Assembly (NCBI RefSeq): GCF_013167455.1
Contig: NZ_CP038328.1
Length of the DNA stretch: 64,000 bases
Direction: 5' to 3' (one strand)
Origin: Escherichia coli O157:H7
GTDB taxonomy: Bacteria > Pseudomonadota > Gammaproteobacteria > Enterobacterales > Enterobacteriaceae
In this document: positions 59,605-64,000 of the stretch, in pieces
How positions within the stretch are numbered: the stretch's first letter is position 1
Layout: every line of letters begins with the position of its first letter
The notes under the pieces: model-generated
What the model was told of the DNA's origin: nothing
The model's database searches: none
Seen by the model: the letters and a program-made list of their open reading frames with translations, nothing else
Made by a program: the position numbers and the translations under genes

Positions 59605-59819
59605 TGTGCCTCCTGCAACTGGGTGAAATTCGCCGGTGTCAGAGTACGCCAGTGGACTTCCAGCCACTGCTGGCAGGACTCTTGTGACTGCGGCTGACAC
59701 ACAATGTCCCAGCCTGCCGGTAAGGCGCATTGTTGCGGCCACAGACTGAATTGCCCCTGCGCATTGCGCAAAATGTAAAACACTCCCTGTGGATCATCGA
59801 AGGGATTACTGAATGCCAT
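59601..59819 (-). CDS. ybdZ: MbtH-like protein
   Basis: 72 aa from internal ATG (MAFSNPFDDPQ...); conserved Trp residues typical of MbtH-like NRPS partners. Confidence 0.9.
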   Translation of the reverse strand: MAFSNPFDDPQGVFYILRNAQGQFSLWPQQCALPAGWDIVCQPQSQESCQQWLEVHWRTLTPANFTQLQEAQ

Positions 59820-59821
59820 AT

Positions 59822-61024
59822 TCAACTCCTGTCATGGAAAAGTGGTTGCCAGAGGTCGATTAACCCCTGCATCAAGCCACCGCGCCAACAAAGCGCATCA
59901 TGTCCGCCGTCAACCTGACGCCAGAAAATGGATTCTTTTATAGGGTGTAATTGCGCATACAGCGCCTGATTGGCCCGCATGATCATCGGCTCGCGAATAC
60001 CCGCTTCCAGCACAATGCGCAGACCTTCGGCGCTAACTTCACCAGCTTTTAGCTTTTCAAGTAACACGCCCTCTTGCTGCCCGCCCCGATGCGGCCACCA
60101 GTACGATCCTGACTGGCTTAATACACAGCCAAAGCGTTCAGGCCAGTGCAGTCCGGCATACAGCGCGGACAGCCCACCAAAACTCTGCCCGGCGACCACG
60201 GTGCGATCGGCGCGATCGCTAAAAGGGGCAATAGCTTTCACCAGGGGTAATAACTCTTGCTGTACTGCCAGCCAGAAATCCGCATTACACGGCAGTTCGT
60301 GGGCGCGGTGCGTGGTGTCGATAGCGTCGATCAACACATACACGGCGGGAGGAAGTTGCTGACGATGGGTCAGCGAAATCAGCACAGGCCAGACGGGCAT
60401 ACTTTGCGCCCAAAATTCGCCATCGAGCAAAACTGCCAGCGGGCGTTCTTCTGCTGTTACATCGCCGGTGGTAAAAATCCATACACGACGTGAATTTTTC
60501 AACCGTTCACTTTTCCAGATAATTTCTTTGGCTGGTATTTCTGGCGCTTGCGGACAATCCCATCCCGGTTGCAGAGGCGCTTGCGGCATTTCGAGTGCAG
60601 AAACAGCGTGCCCTCGCCCGCCTTTCCAGCTTTGTGGATTCAGCGGATCGGCTATTGCCTGGGGTAATAGTTTTCGCCAGCCTTCACGTAATTCGAGGCG
60701 ATCGGGGGATGGTGCAGAAAAAATGTCATCGCGTTCGGTGGGAATAAAGCAGTAGCTGCCGCGCCAGTTGGCATTGAGTTGTGTCGTCCACTGCCAGACA
60801 TCAGTACCTGCAATTCGCTGCATCGACTGGGGCTGGCTGTTCTGATGATGATCGGTCACACCAGTGATGTAGATCCATACGCGCTTTATCGTCGAGTATT
60901 CTTCAGAACCTTGGGGATCACGCCACCAGAAAGTGACCTCAAACATTTCGTCATTCAGACGCTGCCATTCCGGGCCATGTTTCGACTGCCACCAGCTCTC
61001 ACTTCCTACTTTTAACGCCGTCAC
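59822..61024 (-). CDS. fes: enterobactin / ferric-enterobactin esterase
   Basis: 400 aa ORF from a GTG start; serine hydrolase motif GQSFGG; an in-frame ATG 26 codons downstream (about 60946) would give 374 aa, so the start is ambiguous. Confidence 0.9.
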   Translation of the reverse strand: MTALKVGSESWWQSKHGPEWQRLNDEMFEVTFWWRDPQGSEEYSTIKRVWIYITGVTDHHQNSQPQSMQRIAGTDVWQWTTQLNANWRGSYCFIPTERDDIFSAPSPDRLELREGWRKLLPQAIADPLNPQSWKGGRGHAVSALEMPQAPLQPGWDCPQAPEIPAKEIIWKSERLKNSRRVWIFTTGDVTAEERPLAVLLDGEFWAQSMPVWPVLISLTHRQQLPPAVYVLIDAIDTTHRAHELPCNADFWLAVQQELLPLVKAIAPFSDRADRTVVAGQSFGGLSALYAGLHWPERFGCVLSQSGSYWWPHRGGQQEGVLLEKLKAGEVSAEGLRIVLEAGIREPMIMRANQALYAQLHPIKESIFWRQVDGGHDALCWRGGLMQGLIDLWQPLFHDRS

Positions 61025-61266
61025 ACCATAACCCCATGTTTACTGTGCAATTTTTCATTGATTGCAGAAATATATTGATAATATTATTGATAACTATTTG
61101 CATTTGCAATAGCGTAATGGCGCGCCGTGGGAAGCGCGGACATTAATTAACCAACTGCACTGCGTGTCTTTCAGGATCAAAGGTTTTCGCGGTAGCGGGA
61201 TGCGTCGTGTTGATGACGACCATGCCCGACAGTTGCAATTCGTGGCAAAAATGCAGGAATAAAACA
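61025..61266. promoter_or_regulatory. divergent Fur-controlled fes / fepA promoter region
   Basis: tandem Fur-box-like repeats tatattgataatattattgataactatttgcatttgcaat (about 61068..61110). Confidence 0.75.
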
Positions 61267-63507
61267 ATGAACAAGAAGATTCATTCCCTGGCCTTGTTGG
61301 TCAATCTGGGGATTTATGGGGTAGCGCAGGCACAAGAGCCGACCGATACTCCTGTTTCACATGACGATACTATTGTCGTTACCGCCGCCGAGCAGAACTT
61401 ACAGGCGCCTGGCGTTTCGACCATCACCGCAGATGAAATCCGCAAAAACCCCGTTGCCCGCGATGTTTCGGAGATCATCCGTACCATGCCAGGCGTTAAC
61501 CTGACCGGTAACTCCACCAGTGGTCAGCGAGGGAATAACCGACAGATTGATATTCGCGGTATGGGGCCGGAAAACACGCTGATTTTGATTGACGGCAAGC
61601 CGGTAAGCAGCCGTAACTCGGTGCGTCAGGGCTGGCGTGGCGAGCGCGATACCCGTGGTGATACCTCCTGGGTGCCACCTGAAATGATTGAACGTATTGA
61701 AGTTCTGCGTGGTCCGGCAGCTGCGCGTTATGGCAACGGCGCGGCGGGCGGCGTGGTTAACATCATTACCAAAAAAGGCAGCGGCGAGTGGCACGGCTCC
61801 TGGGACGCATATTTCAATGCGCCAGAACATAAAGAGGAAGGTGCCACCAAACGCACTAACTTTAGCCTGACCGGTCCGCTGGGCGACGAATTCAGCTTCC
61901 GCTTGTATGGCAACCTCGACAAAACCCAGGCTGACGCGTGGGATATCAACCAGGGTCATCAGTCCGCGCGTGCCGGAACGTATGCCACGACGTTACCAGC
62001 CGGGCGCGAAGGGGTGATCAATAAAGATATTAATGGCGTGGTGCGCTGGGACTTCGCACCATTGCAATCGCTGGAACTGGAAGCGGGTTACAGCCGCCAG
62101 GGTAACCTGTATGCGGGCGATACCCAGAACACCAACTCTGACGCTTACACTCGCTCGAAATATGGCGATGAAACCAACCGCCTGTATCGCCAGAACTACT
62201 CGCTGACCTGGAACGGTGGCTGGGATAACGGCGTGACCACCAGCAACTGGGTGCAGTACGAACACACCCGTAACTCGCGTATTCCGGAAGGTCTGGCGGG
62301 CGGTACCGAAGGGAAATTTAACGAAAAAGCGACACAGGATTTCGTCGATAACGATCTTGATGACGTGATGCTGCATAGCGAAGTTAACCTGCCGATTGAT
62401 TTCCTCGTTAACCAGACGCTGACGCTGGGTACGGAGTGGAATCAGCAGCGGATGAAGGACTTAAGTTCCAACACCCAGGCACTGACCGGAACGAATACCG
62501 GTGGCGCTATTGATGGCGTGAGTGCCACCGACCGTAGCCCGTATTCAAAAGCAGAAATTTTCTCGCTGTTTGCCGAAAACAACATGGAGCTGACTGACAG
62601 CACCATCGTAACGCCGGGGCTGCGTTTCGATCATCACAGTATTGTCGGCAATAACTGGAGCCCGGCGCTGAACATATCGCAAGGTTTAGGCGATGACTTC
62701 ACGCTGAAAATGGGCATTGCCCGCGCCTATAAAGCGCCGAGCCTGTACCAGACTAACCCGAACTACATTCTCTACAGTAAAGGTCAGGGCTGCTATGCCA
62801 GCGCGGGCGGCTGCTATCTGCAAGGTAACGATGACCTGAAAGCAGAAACCAGCATCAACAAAGAGATTGGTCTGGAGTTCAAACGCGACGGCTGGCTGGC
62901 GGGCATCACCTGGTTCCGTAACGATTATCGCAATAAGATTGAAGCAGGCTATGTTGCTGTAGGGCAAAACGCAGTCGGCACCGATCTCTATCAGTGGGAT
63001 AACGTGCCGAAAGCGGTGGTTGAAGGTCTGGAAGGATCGTTAAACGTACCGGTTAGCGAAACGGTGATGTGGACTAATAACATCACTTATATGCTGAAGA
63101 GTGAAAACAAAACCACGGGCGACCGTTTGTCGATCATCCCGGAGTATACGTTGAACTCAACGCTGAGCTGGCAGGCACGAGAAGATTTGTCGATGCAAAC
63201 GACCTTCACCTGGTACGGTAAGCAGCAGCCGAAGAAGTACAACTATAAAGGTCAGCCAGCGGTTGGACCGGAAACCAAAGAAATTAGTCCTTACAGCATT
63301 GTTGGGCTGAGCGCGACGTGGGATGTGACGAAGAATGTCAGTCTGACCGGCGGCGTGGACAATCTGTTCGACAAACGTTTGTGGCGTGCGGGTAATGCCC
63401 AGACCACGGGCGATTTGGCAGGGGCCAACTATATCGCCGGTGCCGGGGCGTATACCTATAACGAGCCGGGACGTACGTGGTATATGAGCGTAAACACTCA
63501 CTTCTGA
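61267..63507 (+). CDS. fepA: ferric-enterobactin TonB-dependent outer membrane receptor
   Basis: 746 aa from internal ATG (MNKKIHSLALLVNLGIYGVAQA signal peptide); TonB box DTIVVTA; C-terminal aromatic residue (NTHF). Confidence 0.96.
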   Translation: MNKKIHSLALLVNLGIYGVAQAQEPTDTPVSHDDTIVVTAAEQNLQAPGVSTITADEIRKNPVARDVSEIIRTMPGVNLTGNSTSGQRGNNRQIDIRGMGPENTLILIDGKPVSSRNSVRQGWRGERDTRGDTSWVPPEMIERIEVLRGPAAARYGNGAAGGVVNIITKKGSGEWHGSWDAYFNAPEHKEEGATKRTNFSLTGPLGDEFSFRLYGNLDKTQADAWDINQGHQSARAGTYATTLPAGREGVINKDINGVVRWDFAPLQSLELEAGYSRQGNLYAGDTQNTNSDAYTRSKYGDETNRLYRQNYSLTWNGGWDNGVTTSNWVQYEHTRNSRIPEGLAGGTEGKFNEKATQDFVDNDLDDVMLHSEVNLPIDFLVNQTLTLGTEWNQQRMKDLSSNTQALTGTNTGGAIDGVSATDRSPYSKAEIFSLFAENNMELTDSTIVTPGLRFDHHSIVGNNWSPALNISQGLGDDFTLKMGIARAYKAPSLYQTNPNYILYSKGQGCYASAGGCYLQGNDDLKAETSINKEIGLEFKRDGWLAGITWFRNDYRNKIEAGYVAVGQNAVGTDLYQWDNVPKAVVEGLEGSLNVPVSETVMWTNNITYMLKSENKTTGDRLSIIPEYTLNSTLSWQAREDLSMQTTFTWYGKQQPKKYNYKGQPAVGPETKEISPYSIVGLSATWDVTKNVSLTGGVDNLFDKRLWRAGNAQTTGDLAGANYIAGAGAYTYNEPGRTWYMSVNTHF

Positions 63508-63545
63508 TGCTAACGTCAGATTGTTGACAAAGTGCGCGTCGTTCA

Positions 63546-63645
63546 TGCCGGATGCGGCGTGAACGCCTTATCCGGCCTACAAAAATCTTGCCAATTCAAT
63601 ATATTGCAGGACCATGTAGGCCTGATAAGCGTAGCGCATCAGGCA
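63546..63645. repeat. pair of inverted REP elements (BIME-like) downstream of fepA
   Basis: tgccggatgcggcgtgaacgccttatccggcctac and inverted copy gtaggcctgataagcgtagcgcatcaggca about 35 nt apart. Confidence 0.85.
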
Positions 63646-63681
63646 GTTTTGCGTTTGTCATCAGTCTCGAATATGGTCGAT

Positions 63682-64000
63682 ATGAAAACTACGCATACCT
63701 CCCTCCCCTTTGCCGGACATACGCTGCATTTTGTTGAGTTCGATCCGGCGAATTTTTGTGAGCAGGATTTACTCTGGCTGCCGCACTACGCACAACTGCA
63801 ACACGCTGGACGTAAACGTAAAACAGAGCATTTAGCCGGACGGATCGCTGCTGTTTATGCCTTGCGGGAATATGGCTATAAATGTGTGCCCGCAATCGGC
63901 GAGCTACGCCAACCGGTGTGGCCTGCGGAGGTATACGGCAGTATTAGCCACTGCGGGGCTACGGCATTGGCCGTGGTTTCCCGTCAACCGATTGGCGTTG
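63682..64000 (+). CDS. entD: phosphopantetheinyl transferase EntD, 5' portion (3' end outside window)
   Basis: Open frame from ATG at 63682 to window end (MKTTHTSLPFAGHTLHFVEFDPANF...); alternative in-frame ATG at 63673; not in the ORF track because no stop lies within the window. Confidence 0.85.
   Translation, partial: MKTTHTSLPFAGHTLHFVEFDPANFCEQDLLWLPHYAQLQHAGRKRKTEHLAGRIAAVYALREYGYKCVPAIGELRQPVWPAEVYGSISHCGATALAVVSRQPIGV

Overview
This window reads as a contiguous, intact stretch of Escherichia coli (K-12-like) chromosome, and I found no convincing evidence of a novel system in it. Gene order, protein lengths and signature motifs match the known map from leuS (3' two-thirds, window start) through lptE-holA-nadD-cobC-rsfS-rlmH-mrdA-mrdB-rlpA-dacA-ybeD-lipB-ybeF-lipA, tatE-ybeM, crcB, cspE-pagP, dcuC, dpiBA, citCDEFXG-citT, rna-rnk, ybdR, uspG, ahpCF, dsbG, ybdO-ybdN-ybdM, ybdL, ybdH, cstA-ybdD and the complete enterobactin cluster (entH/A/B/E/C, fepB, entS, fepDGC, fepE, entF-ybdZ-fes, fepA) to the 5' end of entD (window end). 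Every six-frame ORF of 100 codons or more is either one of these genes or a shadow ORF inside one. I saw no transposase, integrase, phage genes, CRISPR array, tRNA or rRNA. CDS coordinates are derived from the supplied ORF track and known protein lengths; terminator, repeat and binding-site coordinates were counted from CDS anchors and are approximate (about +-2 nt). The items most worth a second look are the poorly characterised AT-rich ybdO-ybdN-ybdM module (LysR regulator, PP-loop PAPS-reductase-like protein, ParB-like protein), an unrecognised 29-codon hydrophobic ORF between rnk and ybdR, and a 12-bp perfect inverted repeat between rlpA and dacA. All gene identifications rest on my recognition of the translated sequences and motifs; no database search was possible.
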